This document shows, piece after piece, positions 28,801-37,702 of a stretch of DNA of 45,039 nt (the first letter of the stretch is position 1; each line of letters starts with the position of its first letter). The DNA comes from an uncultured Pseudomonadota bacterium (GTDB taxonomy: Bacteria > Myxococcota_A > Bradymonadia > Bradymonadales > GCA-2716585). The position numbers were made by a program, and so were the translations under genes. The notes beneath the pieces are model-generated. The model worked only from the letters and a program-made list of their open reading frames with translations. It ran no database searches and was not told the DNA's origin. Location of the stretch: assembly GCA_937890335.1 (NCBI GenBank), contig CALBXO010000369.1, positions 1 through 45,039 on the forward strand, written 5' to 3'.

Positions 28801-28860
28801 GGGTTCGACCCCAACACCAGCGTGGGCATGAAACGCCTCAAAGCGCTGCTGGGACTCTAG
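22816..28860 (+). CDS. DUF4157 (eCIS-core-type) polymorphic-toxin-like protein with ParB-like and APH/kinase-like C-terminal domains
   Basis: [12 protein letters not shown]...[10 protein letters not shown]...[12 protein letters not shown] (about 23023-23310); hydrophobic block about 26490-27020; LKFSQ...[26 protein letters not shown] (about 27190-27660); [26 protein letters not shown] (about 27890-28860). Start ATG 22816 inferred. Confidence 0.85.
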   Translation: MSRDKSEKNASAEAADGPASFGATPGPRAGFAAAQRNQLLPVQMKAAGPSPTSEAHTAATQGVSGAPAALPHGEQIQQAFGHHDVSGVGAHTDGAAADANDELGSHGYAMGESVAFAQSQPDLHTAAHEAAHVVQQRGGVALKGGVSEPGDPYEDHADAVADAVVAGESAEGLLDTMAPAGAASASPGNVQQDPKGGTDKLPAKKSVTWAGDTFDVTFSTKGSGSWDRKVVFTVVYTGKHLVQFESDKEKKLETDIGSKALDAKATVGENAISLDLYGDGSRIVTLSDKGGPYEYDKNKNAHHLKLTKDGKFAMSASTLFIIKELTPAKNDDKPAVDSTQPKQDTGPEVEASSHLKLTVGRTPFEVWWEKHRVGLLFHVKYVGPNWCPVADQKLLVGRDAPAGDPKLSLLSNTGGLAHFDLDGDGVADYSLKQAVKHEEAKDTSKHPERSFRFDLLDKSGKMVNWTAHLVRGPIEAEEGKGQGVNLPAPTPLDLTFNGDPFKLRARRIGDTNDVMVDFEYTGKEQINRKKSSLRVLREDKLTSLTLKSLVNNGRDLQLDLSGDGKADLIMVHTVDGNTSGDGRNQVRQHHFRQFDKDQQFKAQLDFWVTGKAQVIPDNQDEKKAAPDTNAEFPTTAPPTQGNNPGERPRNYLKSGGLTEIRLDGDGDQSKDLVVRVKKLEAHEGGSAKRAKVQIIQLLTGEVRETEFDLPKHDFGGEWLPMTSEVTDGFGPNVIDLSRKDKLKIYPASRQQSGVHYKLEAAGTAKTLTFPPNTNPLSTVASTTKEQSAGGIHAVDLKLGAFNDKFRVTLDKSSGVAKLGISALNGDNTGAPYTLPLKSGWGTRLKALKTEGLHVALDLNGDDKADLEIYDQMQEPASHDGGGDASRKRNHRLRVRGAAVTAEKQLFFQVNHGHLTGAAGGKVGSDQQVVDSASKAVDSLSEQKRLGSFAEQLAAYEGALFKERKAALDKGYISQTVYDAWGALSMDMVMLRPQVNAGKVDPKLKTEAAAHAKAFYDALANDTKGEWVRRNGGPGGQSHNNRFTGDKTIGAGKSPRPGAGSKLSATISGGNWTQAYNDYQGLVSGLDAYIVAQLERKEGKNDKDTQRAGYIGAMKRELGGIQKHRPQKVHAVFHPDAKYAETGRIGEVPLQLYVWHDGSEWHLKDLTNPDNTFEDTIASSNTREPPAELFKELDYKSHFPKGIIRYETPNGTGGMLRTTERKTLSDWLTYIGLGVAAIGLGLATFGTGTVAVAGAWVLAGAGVINAAAAGASLYEKAQHGNLTAASAALDIAQIVASLAGVGAITSGRIVVQAAGAAAKGSPWAGNLARLAGFAQKAYVPLTATAIGADGITVAIMGAHTLKQLEQIENGSGSRRDKDRAKALLLANLAVAGGLLALSIKGDLPNLKGGPDIHVDLVDGVPVARLTAAGGPLPNGGPAPKAWVKLAPNIEVPAGSNARLASTKKLKFSQENVSPVTGDKSLTLEELTEIMKTSGWRGNPLQAVEMPDGTLVSLDNRRLLAAQNAGLENVPIATHKGSEPFPRDWAEKQFKLGTGIRRLDSGELVVGGNKGEVVLAKGHIATTYEEAVLIRSANQGKIKTGPDAGTKFPLGGSHAQPRVKPPAPGPTRQGQASRTAGAVEEARGANGGKLPDEAVQAIMKGLPDANIDPGDPLGGIARYLAGELKVPAGEIKVTLLGGGYSGAGVYSVKHKDKVIGIFKVFRDQAEMLREVAALKRIADLDLQTLKPVALGSLGNTGGGRGVGLMEPAKGDFVVDTMKKVTGLEGAARAEVLVKLQADVGAVGKGLGELAEASKGKGNVSGAQKATEIGFFEKRWQSIMSTAKPDGRPAISPREQAQLRAKLDDALRDFKNADVPTAIAHGDAHGGNFSVDKKGGVHTIDVETLFRSVGADGKPVANMATDVGRFNEWIAITGLQQGMSPSEIKKLQDTFLDGYLKASGAARGTGDALTRARKFYELNFASVQLQTDMTDSAGKLITGFDPNTSVGMKRLKALLGL

Positions 28861-28863
28861 CCG

Positions 28864-29388
28864 ATGCATTGGGAAGAGGTCTTGCACATAGCGGCCACCA
28901 CGCCCGACGCGCGGGCTGGACTGCCCGACATCGAGACCCTGCTGGTCCGCGCGGTCGCCGGTCGCTACGAACCCGAGCACGTCGAGGCTGTCTTCGACGG
29001 TGAGCTGTGGCGCGTACCCTTCCTGACGGCGGTGGAACAGAGCCTGTGGGCCGGTTCACTCCACGCCGAGCAGCTCGGCGCAGCGCGCGCCGTCCTCGTG
29101 ATCTTTCCCACATTGATGGATCGTTTCCGCGCGATACTCGCCGGGTCCTACATCCCGCCCGACGACGTCAAAGCGGCGCTCCACGATCTCGTCCAGCGCG
29201 CCGGCCGAACGCAATCTCCAGACAACAACCCGTCAGGACCCCATTGCCCTCGCTGTGGCTCGCACGAAGTGGACACGCGCCACTCCAACAGCGCGGGCGC
29301 GCGCGCGTACGAGGCTGGGTGTGACGCGTGCGGCTACTACGCGGCGTGGCATGAGGACGACCAACCCGTGCATCCCTGGGGGTCCTGA
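28864..29388 (+). CDS. Hypothetical protein with C-terminal Zn ribbon; candidate immunity protein 1
   Basis: Starts 3 nt after the toxin stop; CPRCG...CDACG; no signal peptide. The immunity role is positional inference. Confidence 0.65.
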   Translation: MHWEEVLHIAATTPDARAGLPDIETLLVRAVAGRYEPEHVEAVFDGELWRVPFLTAVEQSLWAGSLHAEQLGAARAVLVIFPTLMDRFRAILAGSYIPPDDVKAALHDLVQRAGRTQSPDNNPSGPHCPRCGSHEVDTRHSNSAGARAYEAGCDACGYYAAWHEDDQPVHPWGS

Positions 29389-30248
29389 TGAGCCTCAGCG
29401 ACGCGCTCGGCGACTGGTTGACCGACGATGAGCCAGGCGAGCTGCTGCACGACCTGGAGGCGGCCGGACCCGATGGCCAATGGCGCGCCGAGCTGCTGGA
29501 CAAACACCTGAGCGGGACCAAGGCCCAGCGCATGACCGGGGCCGGCCCCTGGGCAGGGGCGCTGGTGCACCTCGGCGCCCAGCCGCCCACGGACGCGCAG
29601 CAGGGCACGCTCTGGTTCGACCCCCGAGAGCTCAGCCTCCACCTCCTGGTGGCGCGCGACCCGTCGGAGGTGCCCAAAGGCACGGACCCCGCACTCAGTT
29701 GGCTGGCCACGGAACCGGTCCGGTTCTTTCAGTGGCGCACCTTCCTGGAGAGCGCCTTCATGGAGCGGGTCGGGCAGCCGTCCGACGACTTCATCCCGTT
29801 CCTCCCCCGCGACTACCGGGGCCTGGACCTCGCCGCCGCCACGGGAATGTCCGCCCCCGAGGCCCGGCTGTACGCAGTCTGGTTTGGAAAGGCCCTGCCG
29901 ACGCTCTACGACTGGGAGTGCGCCGCGTTCCTCGGCGAGCACAGGGTCGCGGACATGTGGGACGGGGCCGCGCCGCGCGAGTGGACGGGAGACAGTCCAG
30001 GGGACGACGGCTACCGCGTCGCCGGACACCCATTCCACCGCGAGATCAATCCGCTGGACCAGATGGAAGACATCGAGATCGGCAACGAACCCCGCGACGA
30101 CGATCGCATCCTCTACCCGCGGTCCACGCGCAGCCCGGAGATTGGCCTTCGCACGCGGGTCATCGTGCAGTTTGGTCTCATGACGGAGCTCTCGCCGGAG
30201 GGCGCCACGGAGCACGGACACCAGTTGGTCGCCCCCGCCCGCCGGTGA
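29388..30248 (+). CDS. Degenerate FGE/SUMF1-fold cytoplasmic protein; candidate immunity protein 2
   Basis: TGATG overlap; ATEPVRFFQWRTFL, GMSAPEARLYAVWFGKALPTLYDWE, REW and IGLR align by eye with the FGE consensus PVTxxQ/VSWxEAxxY/RLPTEAEWE/EW/GFR. Confidence 0.65.
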   Translation: MSLSDALGDWLTDDEPGELLHDLEAAGPDGQWRAELLDKHLSGTKAQRMTGAGPWAGALVHLGAQPPTDAQQGTLWFDPRELSLHLLVARDPSEVPKGTDPALSWLATEPVRFFQWRTFLESAFMERVGQPSDDFIPFLPRDYRGLDLAAATGMSAPEARLYAVWFGKALPTLYDWECAAFLGEHRVADMWDGAAPREWTGDSPGDDGYRVAGHPFHREINPLDQMEDIEIGNEPRDDDRILYPRSTRSPEIGLRTRVIVQFGLMTELSPEGATEHGHQLVAPARR

Positions 30249-30377
30249 CCGGCCACCCCGCCGACGCCGCCGCAGCCTCGCCTTGAGAGAGGCGCCCGAC
30301 CCATTGACGAGCCCGCACGCCTCCACACAAACCGTCGCGACTTGACCGCGGTCGGCCCAACCCCTACCTGTACGCCC

Positions 30378-30881
30378 ATGGACCGGATCCGCATCGTATT
30401 TGTCTGCCTCGGAAACATCTGCCGCTCGCCGCTGGGCGAGGGGCTGTTTCGTCACAAGGTGGACAAGGCGGGGCTCGCACACGCGTTCGAGATCGACTCC
30501 TCCGGCACCAGCGCCTACCACGTGGGCGAGCTGCCAGATCCGGGCAGCATTGCAGTCGCCCGCAAGCATGACATCGACATCACGGACCAGCGGTCACGGC
30601 AATTTGTGGCCGACGAGGTGCTGGACTGGGACTATGTCGTCGCCATGGACGACAGCAATAGGCGCAACATCATGCGTCTGATTGACGGCGACGTAGACGC
30701 GATCCGCGGCAAGCTCTGGCTCATGCGGAACTTTGAGTTTGAAGAAGACGGCTCCGGGGACGACGACGGCGTACCCGACCCGTGGGGCGGAGGCCGGCGC
30801 GGCTTTGACGACGTCTACGACATCGTCGACCGGTCTTGCACCCACCTCCTGGCCCACATCCGGCGCAAGCACAACCTGTAG
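30378..30881 (+). CDS. Low-molecular-weight protein-tyrosine phosphatase
   Basis: FVCLGNICRSP P-loop, IDSSGT, AMDDSN and VPDPW. Confidence 0.95.
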   Translation: MDRIRIVFVCLGNICRSPLGEGLFRHKVDKAGLAHAFEIDSSGTSAYHVGELPDPGSIAVARKHDIDITDQRSRQFVADEVLDWDYVVAMDDSNRRNIMRLIDGDVDAIRGKLWLMRNFEFEEDGSGDDDGVPDPWGGGRRGFDDVYDIVDRSCTHLLAHIRRKHNL

Positions 30882-30891
30882 TGGTGACGCA

Positions 30892-31701
30892 ATGAGCACG
30901 CCCAATCTGGAAAAGAAGATCTCGCGCAAGATGGCGCAGGCCAACGCCGACTACCAGCTGATCGAGGAGGGCGACCGCCTCATGGTCGGCGTCAGCGGTG
31001 GCAAGGACTCCTGGGTCATGCTGCACCTGCTTCGGCGGATGCAGAAGATCGCGCCGATCAAGTTCGACATCCTCGCCTTCCACCTGGACCAGGGGCACCC
31101 CGGCTTCCCGACGCACCTGCTGCGCGACCACCTGGAGGCCGAGGGCTTTGAGTACGTCATCCACAGCGCGGACACCTACTCCATCGTCGTGGACAAGCTC
31201 AAACCGGGGCAGACCACGTGCTCGCTGTGCAGCCGCCTGCGCCGCGGCATCATGTACACACAGGCCGAGAAGCTCGGCTGCAACAAGATCGCGCTGGGGC
31301 ACCACCGGGACGACATTGTCGAGACCCTGATGCTCAACATCTTCTACGCCGGCCAGCTCAAGGCCATGCCACCCAAGCTCTTCAGCGACTCGGGCCGCAA
31401 TATGGTGATTCGTCCGCTGGCCTACTGCCCGGAGAAGCTCATCGAAGAGTACGCCGCTGAACAGGGCTACCCCATCGCCCCTTGCACCCTGTGCAGCCGG
31501 CAGCCGGACCTCCAGCGCGATGTGATGACGAGGCTGCTCGACGAGCTCGAGCTCAAGCACCCCGACGTGCGCGCGGTCGCGTTTGCTGCCGCTGGCAACC
31601 TGGTCCCCACGCACCTGCTCGACCGGAACATCTACGACCCGAGCACCGCTGGCGTCGCGCCCGTCTCCCACGACGAGCTTCTCGACTCCCTGCCGGTCTG
31701 A
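30892..31701 (+). CDS. ttcA: tRNA 2-thiocytidine(32) synthetase
   Basis: SGGKDS PP-loop, LDQGHPGF, CSLCSRLRRG, GHHRDD, LKAMPPKL, IRPLAY and CTLC. Confidence 0.93.
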   Translation: MSTPNLEKKISRKMAQANADYQLIEEGDRLMVGVSGGKDSWVMLHLLRRMQKIAPIKFDILAFHLDQGHPGFPTHLLRDHLEAEGFEYVIHSADTYSIVVDKLKPGQTTCSLCSRLRRGIMYTQAEKLGCNKIALGHHRDDIVETLMLNIFYAGQLKAMPPKLFSDSGRNMVIRPLAYCPEKLIEEYAAEQGYPIAPCTLCSRQPDLQRDVMTRLLDELELKHPDVRAVAFAAAGNLVPTHLLDRNIYDPSTAGVAPVSHDELLDSLPV

Positions 31702-31758
31702 GGTACCCTGAGGCGCGCGCCTGACGGACCAGGAAGGTCCGAACTACACGGAGACACC

Positions 31759-32277
31759 ATGGAAGGGATTCTGAGAACGGTTGCCGCCGCTGCGGTCGTC
31801 GCAGCCTTGCTCGCAGTCGCAACACCCGCCGCAGCCAAGACACCAAAAGAGTACACGATCGGATTGGGCGTGGTCCTCGGCGAGCCGACGGGTCTGACGG
31901 CCAAGCACTGGTTTGACGACACCCACGCGCTGGACGCGCACCTGAGCTTCGACTTCACAGACGAGGCCTTTGCCGTCTCCAGCAACTACCTGTTCCACTT
32001 TGACGTGCTGCAGCTGCGCACGGACGCCGTGGAGCTCCCGCTCTACGTGGGCATCGGCGGCAAGCTGCTGTTCGATGCGGACGATGAACAGGGCAACAAG
32101 AGGGCGGACAAGGACGACGACTTCCTGTCCCTCGGGGCCCGCGTTCCTTTTGGTGCCGATCTGCTCTTCACGCGCATTCCGCTCGAGGTCTTCATCGAGG
32201 TGGGCATTGGCGTGCGGCTCATCCCCGCGACCCGCCCGGACCTCGATGGCGGCCTGGGCGTCCGCTACTACTTCTGA
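31759..32277 (+). CDS. Small outer-membrane beta-barrel-like protein (DUF3996-like)
   Basis: GGAG RBS; signal peptide; GLGVVLGEPTGLTAK, GARVPFG and terminal GGLGVRYYF. Confidence 0.75.
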   Translation: MEGILRTVAAAAVVAALLAVATPAAAKTPKEYTIGLGVVLGEPTGLTAKHWFDDTHALDAHLSFDFTDEAFAVSSNYLFHFDVLQLRTDAVELPLYVGIGGKLLFDADDEQGNKRADKDDDFLSLGARVPFGADLLFTRIPLEVFIEVGIGVRLIPATRPDLDGGLGVRYYF

Positions 32278-32327
32278 CCACCACTGCCGCGGGGTTGCAC
32301 CACCGAGGCTTCCCGCCCGGACGCCAC

Positions 32328-32350
32328 GACGCCTGCGGCGCCCAGGCGTC
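32328..32350. terminator. GC-rich hairpin between convergent genes
   Basis: GACGCCTG-CGGCGCC-CAGGCGTC perfect 8-bp stem; no U-tract. Confidence 0.35.
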
Positions 32351-33731
32351 AGGGGGTTCGCAGGACCATCGGCATCCCGTGTTTGGAGCGCAGGGTCACG
32401 TTGGCGTCGAACTCGATGGGGTGATTGTCCTTGAGCGCCATGCGCACTCCCTGGACCATCATCGCCAGCAGAAGCTTGGCCTCCATCGTCGCAAACCGGT
32501 CCCCGATGCACTTGCGCTGGCCCAGGCTGAAGGGCATGAACGCGTGCCGCGGCACAGACTCGATCCGCTCGGGAAGGAAGCGATCGGGATCGAAGGCCTC
32601 AGGGTTCTCCCAGAAGTCCGGGTGCCGGTGGGCGGACCACGTGGACAAGATCAAGTAGGCGTCCTTCGGGACGTGGTAGCCGGCAAGCTCCGTGTCCTCC
32701 AGCGCGTTGCGCGCTACCATCGGGACCGGTGGGTAGAGCCGGAGTGACTCCTTGAGCACCCGGTCCAGGTACTCCAATTTGCCCAGATCCATGACCGTCG
32801 GCGTGCGCCCGCCGAGCACTTCGTCGAGCTCCGCCCGCAGACGCCGCTCGACCTCCGGGTGCTGCGAGATCGCATAGAGCGTCCAGGTCAGGTTCGTGGC
32901 GGTCGTCTCGTGCCCCGCCAGGAACATGGTCATGGCCTCGTCGCGCAGCTGGAGGTCCGTCATGCGCTCGCCGGTCTCCTCGTCCTGCATGCCCATGAGC
33001 ATGCCGAGCAGGTCGTCTCCGTCGCCGCTGGCGCGCCGCTCCTCGATGATCCCCAGCACCACCCGATCCAGGGTCTCAAGGGCGCGCTTGAACCGCAGGT
33101 TCCGGGGCGTGGGTACCCACTCGGGCATGGACCAAGGCGTCCTCGTCCGGTACCCGACCTGCCCCAACACCACGCCGACAGCCTCGCCGACCTCAGCCGC
33201 CTCGCCGGTGACATCGACGCTCAGGAGCGTCTCACCGACAATGCGCAGCGTCAGCGCCATCATCTCCGCCTGGATGTCGATGGGGTCGCCGCTGGCGATG
33301 GTCCCGGCCCACGACGCGAGGCGGTCCTCCGTCGCCGTGGTCATCATATCGGCCCAGCCCTCGATGCGCTTGCGATGGAACGCGGGGTTGGCGATGCGGC
33401 GCTGCCGTTTCCAGAAATCACCCTCGCTTGTGACAAGCCCAAGGCCCACCACCTTGCGCATCATCCCGTAGCCTCGGGTGTCCTTGCCGTAGAAACGCGG
33501 CGTGCCGCGCACGAGCACGTCGCGCATGTGGTCCGGGTGCCGCGAGAAGACCAGGAATTTGCCGAACGCCGGGGCGCGAACGAGCTCCCCATGCTCCTGG
33601 CAATACCGCGTCACAGTGGTCAACGGATCGCCGGCCATGTCCTTGGCAAACCCCACCGAACTGATGGGAACCACAGGGATCTGCTGAAGCGATTCGGGGC
33701 GTACAGGGGCCGTCAAGGCTTGCGTTGTCAT
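32349..33731 (-). CDS. Cytochrome P450
   Basis: AGHETT, ESLRLYPP, FDPDRF and PFSLGQRKCIG heme-thiolate motif; alternative in-frame ATG at 33749. Confidence 0.96.
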   Translation of the reverse strand: MTTQALTAPVRPESLQQIPVVPISSVGFAKDMAGDPLTTVTRYCQEHGELVRAPAFGKFLVFSRHPDHMRDVLVRGTPRFYGKDTRGYGMMRKVVGLGLVTSEGDFWKRQRRIANPAFHRKRIEGWADMMTTATEDRLASWAGTIASGDPIDIQAEMMALTLRIVGETLLSVDVTGEAAEVGEAVGVVLGQVGYRTRTPWSMPEWVPTPRNLRFKRALETLDRVVLGIIEERRASGDGDDLLGMLMGMQDEETGERMTDLQLRDEAMTMFLAGHETTATNLTWTLYAISQHPEVERRLRAELDEVLGGRTPTVMDLGKLEYLDRVLKESLRLYPPVPMVARNALEDTELAGYHVPKDAYLILSTWSAHRHPDFWENPEAFDPDRFLPERIESVPRHAFMPFSLGQRKCIGDRFATMEAKLLLAMMVQGVRMALKDNHPIEFDANVTLRSKHGMPMVLRTP

Positions 33732-33761
33732 TTGCTCGTGTCCATCCATTCTGGTACGACC

Positions 33762-33802
33762 CAAATGTGAGGAATCCTTCAGGTTTCAGCAACTCGCGTT
33801 TG
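33762..33802. promoter_or_regulatory. Candidate TetR operator in the P450/tetR divergent gap
   Basis: CAAATGTGAG-N21-CTCGCGTTTG, an 8/10 inverted match in a lower-GC gap. Confidence 0.5.
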
Positions 33803-33816
33803 CATTCAGGTTCACC

Positions 33817-34425
33817 ATGACACAGCTCGACCCCCGCCGTAAGCCGCGCCAATCACGTTCGCGCGCAACAGTGGACGCAATCCTTCAGGCTACCGCTCAG
33901 GTTCTGGTTCGGGATGGCTACCAGAAAGCGACCACAAACCGCATCGCGGAGCGGGCTGGTGTCAGCGTCGGCACGCTCTACCAATACTTCCCCAACAAGG
34001 ACGCGCTGGTCGTGGCGCTGTGCGAACAGCACTCCGACGAGATGATGACTCTGCTCTCGGCGTCCATCGCGGAGCTTCAGGACGCCACCGCCGAGCGGGC
34101 CACCCGCGTCATCGTCCGCGCCATGCTCCAGGCCCACGCGGTCAACCCAGAGCTGCACGAGGCCATCATCTCCAACCTGCCCAAGGAGAAGCAGTTCGAG
34201 CAGATCCTGGCGGTGAACGCGCAAGCCGAGGCCATGGTCCGCGTGTTCCTGGAACACCACCGCGAACGGCTGGCCACCGACAACATCGACATGGCCGCCT
34301 TCATCGTCGTCAACACGGTAGAGGCCCTGACCCACGCCGCCGTGATCGAACGCCCCGACTTCCTCGGCACCGAGGAGCTCGTGGACGAAATCACCCGCCT
34401 GATCTGCCGCTACCTGCTCAAGTAG
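33817..34425 (+). CDS. TetR/AcrR family transcriptional regulator
   Basis: RRKPRQSRSRATVDAIL...TTNRIAERAGVSVGTLYQYFPNKDAL helix-turn-helix. Confidence 0.95.
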   Translation: MTQLDPRRKPRQSRSRATVDAILQATAQVLVRDGYQKATTNRIAERAGVSVGTLYQYFPNKDALVVALCEQHSDEMMTLLSASIAELQDATAERATRVIVRAMLQAHAVNPELHEAIISNLPKEKQFEQILAVNAQAEAMVRVFLEHHRERLATDNIDMAAFIVVNTVEALTHAAVIERPDFLGTEELVDEITRLICRYLLK

Positions 34426-34542
34426 CAAGCTCTCGAAACACCGGCTGGCGCGCACGACCCGAACGGCCAGCCACGGGAGAGCGGACCATGGCACCCAACC
34501 CTGAGAACAAGGCAGCGTGGGCGGCGCCAGGACAGCGCGGGC

Positions 34543-35418
34543 TCAAACCAACGTCGGCGTGGGAACGCGGACCGAGAGCAGGCCGCAATAGACGTTCTCG
34601 AGGACGACTTCTCCCGTGACGGGATTTCTTACGCGGCTCAAAAAGCCCCGGTCGTGGGAACCCAGGGCGATCAGGTCCGCCCCCATGGAGGTCGCGTGGT
34701 CGGCCAGGGTCCGGCCTGGACCTTCCGAGACCAGGTGACGCGCAACCAGTTTGCACCTCGGATCGGGGAGCTCTCGCGCGCACCAAGACGCCAACTTGAT
34801 CTCTTCGGTCCGCTGCGAACGAACCCCCTCCGTCCCCGCCATGATCTCGACCTCGCCGGGGTCCGAGCTGACGTGGACCACCTCGATCGACGCTCCAAAG
34901 GCGGCCCCAATCTGATCCGCAGCGCGGTACGCAGCAGCACATTGGGACGTGTACGCACAGCCCACCACGATGGAGTTGATCTCCGGCCGCATGCCTGGTC
35001 CCACAACCAAAACAGGCACGGGCGAGCGGCGCAGCAACTGCGTCGCCGTAGACCCGAGCAGCCACTTCTGCAACGTGGTCTTGCTGGAGGCGGCGATGAC
35101 CACAAGATCCGCCTGCCGGTCCCTGCAAAGCCCAATGAGCCTCGACGCTGGCAGTCCGATGGCGGTCGCAATCTGGGTCGACGCCCCATGCAGCCGCTTC
35201 AAGCGTAAGCTCTGCGCCTCAAGGCGGTCGTGCGCGTCTGTGAAGTCGCGGCCAGCCTCCGCGGCCACGTGGACCATCGTGACAGTGGCGCCCGCTGGCT
35301 TCGCCAGGACGACAGCGAACTCGACGGCGCGCTGCCCTTCCTCCGAAAAGTCCGTCGCGACCACAATGTGTTTCACACCAACCCCCACAGCTTTGATCTC
35401 GTCACTGTCGGTCTGCAT
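34543..35418 (-). CDS. Tandem universal stress protein
   Basis: HIVVATDFSE, ADLVVIA..LLGSTATQLLRRSPVPVLVV; second domain ADLIALGSH..G; ATG at 35418. Confidence 0.9.
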   Translation of the reverse strand: MQTDSDEIKAVGVGVKHIVVATDFSEEGQRAVEFAVVLAKPAGATVTMVHVAAEAGRDFTDAHDRLEAQSLRLKRLHGASTQIATAIGLPASRLIGLCRDRQADLVVIAASSKTTLQKWLLGSTATQLLRRSPVPVLVVGPGMRPEINSIVVGCAYTSQCAAAYRAADQIGAAFGASIEVVHVSSDPGEVEIMAGTEGVRSQRTEEIKLASWCARELPDPRCKLVARHLVSEGPGRTLADHATSMGADLIALGSHDRGFLSRVRNPVTGEVVLENVYCGLLSVRVPTPTLV

Positions 35419-36844
35419 GATCCGGGCCACGCGCTCGCCCGCTGGCGCGCGCCGCCCGTTCCATGGTGAAGACAGTCCACAGAGCCCGCATTCCACAGGC
35501 CAAGCCCGGGTAGAATACGACCGTCGCAAACACGATGAGCCCCCAGGAGGACCAGGGCGCCGTGAGCGCACGGGTGTCGAGGCCGCAATAGGCAGCCAGG
35601 GCCAGGTACGGGATGCCCCAGACAACGGTCTGCGCCCACGCCTCCGGGATGCGCCGGTCGCGGCGGGCGACGACGGCGGCGATGCCAAGACCCACCAGCG
35701 CCAGGACAGCCGTCTCCGCGGTGAACCCAATCTCGCCCCGCGGGATGCTCCAACTCCACCGGTAGCCGAGCACGACGTAGCCCGTGGCAAACACCAGGCC
35801 GTAGACCGCGGTCGGGACAAAATCGCGCCACTGAAGGGCAATCCATCGCCGCGAAAAAATCGCGCCGAGTAGCAGGAGGAGCGCGGCGCCGATTCCCCAC
35901 GCGGCCCGAGTCAATGGATCCGGGGCCTCGGGAGCTTGCCAGCTGATGGAGTAAGCCAGGCCCATCAGCGCGCCGATGCGCGGCGCCGCGGCCGTCATCG
36001 GCATGGGCGCTCCCACCCCTGCGCTGGCCCGAGGTCCAACCGCCAGAAACGCGGCCCGGACCACCTCCGGTTCCGTGCCACCGTGTCCGCCCCGGTCCAG
36101 ATGCCCATGGTCTGAGAGGACGACCAGTGTGTCGCGCCCAAAATCCAATTGGCGCACGACGCCCGCCACCACCGCCTCGGCCCGGTCCACCGCCGCAGCA
36201 TATTCGGCAGAGGCCGCCCCGTAGCGGTGGCCCGCGGCGTCGACGTCCTCGAGGTAGATCCACACCAACGCCCCGCCATCCGGGACCAGGACGCCCGCGG
36301 GCGCAGCGACGTCATCGGTAGGCGCAACCCCAGCCCCAGTATGCGAAACCACATTGCCGGTGAGAGGTACCGCGTCACGCGGCAAGGCCAGCAGCTCCCG
36401 GAAGGGGCGGAAACCCCGGTCCTGGTAGTACACGCCAAGGCCCGCCCTCCGGGCCTGCTTGGACACAGAGGGTAGCTGCGGCGCGGTAAAGTCATCGCTG
36501 TTGATCCGAACCCCGTGTACCTCGGGCGGAAGCCCGGTGCCGATGGTCGTGATGCCGGGCCATGTGAAGGAGGGGAAGCCCGTCAGCATAGGCCTCCCCT
36601 CGCCGCGCTCTGCCAGCTGGGCAAACGCGGGGCGCGCCATCGCGTAATCCCACCCCAAACCGTCCAGCACCACGACGACGGTTCGGCCCGACGCCGACAC
36701 CTTCGGAGATGCGGGAGACACCTCCTGCACACCTGCGGGGGGCAGATTCATCCTGCCCAGGTACATCATGTGCCCGTGAAAGTGGCCCGCAAGCCCCACG
36801 GACAGGCACGCCAGCGTGACGGCCCACGCCGCCCGGCGGGTCAT
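35402..36844 (-). CDS. Alkaline-phosphatase-superfamily membrane protein
   Basis: VVVLDGL, PSFTWP..TIGTG, DVDAAGH and SDHG...GHGG; N-terminal hydrophobic segment and several C-terminal TM helices. Confidence 0.85.
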   Translation of the reverse strand: MTRRAAWAVTLACLSVGLAGHFHGHMMYLGRMNLPPAGVQEVSPASPKVSASGRTVVVVLDGLGWDYAMARPAFAQLAERGEGRPMLTGFPSFTWPGITTIGTGLPPEVHGVRINSDDFTAPQLPSVSKQARRAGLGVYYQDRGFRPFRELLALPRDAVPLTGNVVSHTGAGVAPTDDVAAPAGVLVPDGGALVWIYLEDVDAAGHRYGAASAEYAAAVDRAEAVVAGVVRQLDFGRDTLVVLSDHGHLDRGGHGGTEPEVVRAAFLAVGPRASAGVGAPMPMTAAAPRIGALMGLAYSISWQAPEAPDPLTRAAWGIGAALLLLLGAIFSRRWIALQWRDFVPTAVYGLVFATGYVVLGYRWSWSIPRGEIGFTAETAVLALVGLGIAAVVARRDRRIPEAWAQTVVWGIPYLALAAYCGLDTRALTAPWSSWGLIVFATVVFYPGLACGMRALWTVFTMERAARASGRARGPDHADRQ

Positions 36845-36896
36845 CGCTCCAATCCCGCGGTGGGCGTCCGTTCCGGGCGCCGCAGCGCCGGAGCGC

Positions 36897-37682
36897 CTAC
36901 CAAAACATGATGAAGTACTGGCGACCCGACGCCGTGAACTCCCACCATTGGTGTTCGATCCATCCGTTCGCCGCCACGCTCACAAGTCCAAGCCAGATCC
37001 CGCTGAGCACAACGCCAGCGGGCAAGAGCCAACGGCCCGCACGCCGCGCCCGCGGCGCCGCCAGAAGAGGACCGCACCCAGCCACGAGCAAGACGGGGGT
37101 GGTCAGAGCAACCAGGGCCAGCATCAGCGTAGCACCTTGGCCCGCACTTGCGGTCGACGCCGCCAGCGACAGCACCCAGAACATGAGCATGCAAGGCAGG
37201 AGACCCATGGCAAAGCCGATCGCGGCCAGCCGCCCCGGCAGCCCCTGGGGCCACAGCCGCGCGATCGCCGCCAGCACGGCGCGAACCGCCCGCGGGGCCA
37301 GGGACGAACCGCTCCCCCGCGCCAAACCCAGCGCCTGAACCACGCCGACGGAGACGAGCACCACGGCCAGGACCAGCCCCGCCACCCTCGCCACGTCCGC
37401 CACGATCACCTCGGCGGCCTTGCCCAGCAGTCCAGCCAGCGCACCCAAAAGCGCGTACATCGCAGCGCGACCAGCCTGGTAGGTGAGCACCCGCGCCGCC
37501 CCGCGCCGCACTCGCACTCCAGCCCCCGGTTCCGCCCCGCCACCGGCGAGCCCCGCCACGATCGGGCCACACATGCCAGCGCAGTGCAGGCTCACCCACA
37601 ACACGCCCAGTCCCAGCACCTGCAGCATTTGAGGCGACGCTTCCACGGGCTGGCGCAGGAGCAATCCGTGTGCCGGTTCCAT
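36897..37682 (-). CDS. DsbD_2/TauE-SafE-like membrane protein associated with cbb3 oxidase assembly
   Basis: [20 protein letters not shown] and GLLPC motifs; divergent from ccoNO; ATG at 37682 preferred. Confidence 0.85.
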   Translation of the reverse strand: MEPAHGLLLRQPVEASPQMLQVLGLGVLWVSLHCAGMCGPIVAGLAGGGAEPGAGVRVRRGAARVLTYQAGRAAMYALLGALAGLLGKAAEVIVADVARVAGLVLAVVLVSVGVVQALGLARGSGSSLAPRAVRAVLAAIARLWPQGLPGRLAAIGFAMGLLPCMLMFWVLSLAASTASAGQGATLMLALVALTTPVLLVAGCGPLLAAPRARRAGRWLLPAGVVLSGIWLGLVSVAANGWIEHQWWEFTASGRQYFIMFW

Positions 37683-37702
37683 TCGATCCACCCCCACTGG
37701 AT

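Noticed and set aside
22700-30377. Toxin locus as a mobile island
   Set aside because: No integrase, transposase, tRNA or flanking direct repeats were seen.
30378-30881. LMW phosphatase as the antidote to the kinase toxin
   Set aside because: It is separated from the toxin cassette by about 130 nt, is coupled to housekeeping ttcA and looks like an ordinary LMW-PTP; adjacency alone is not evidence.
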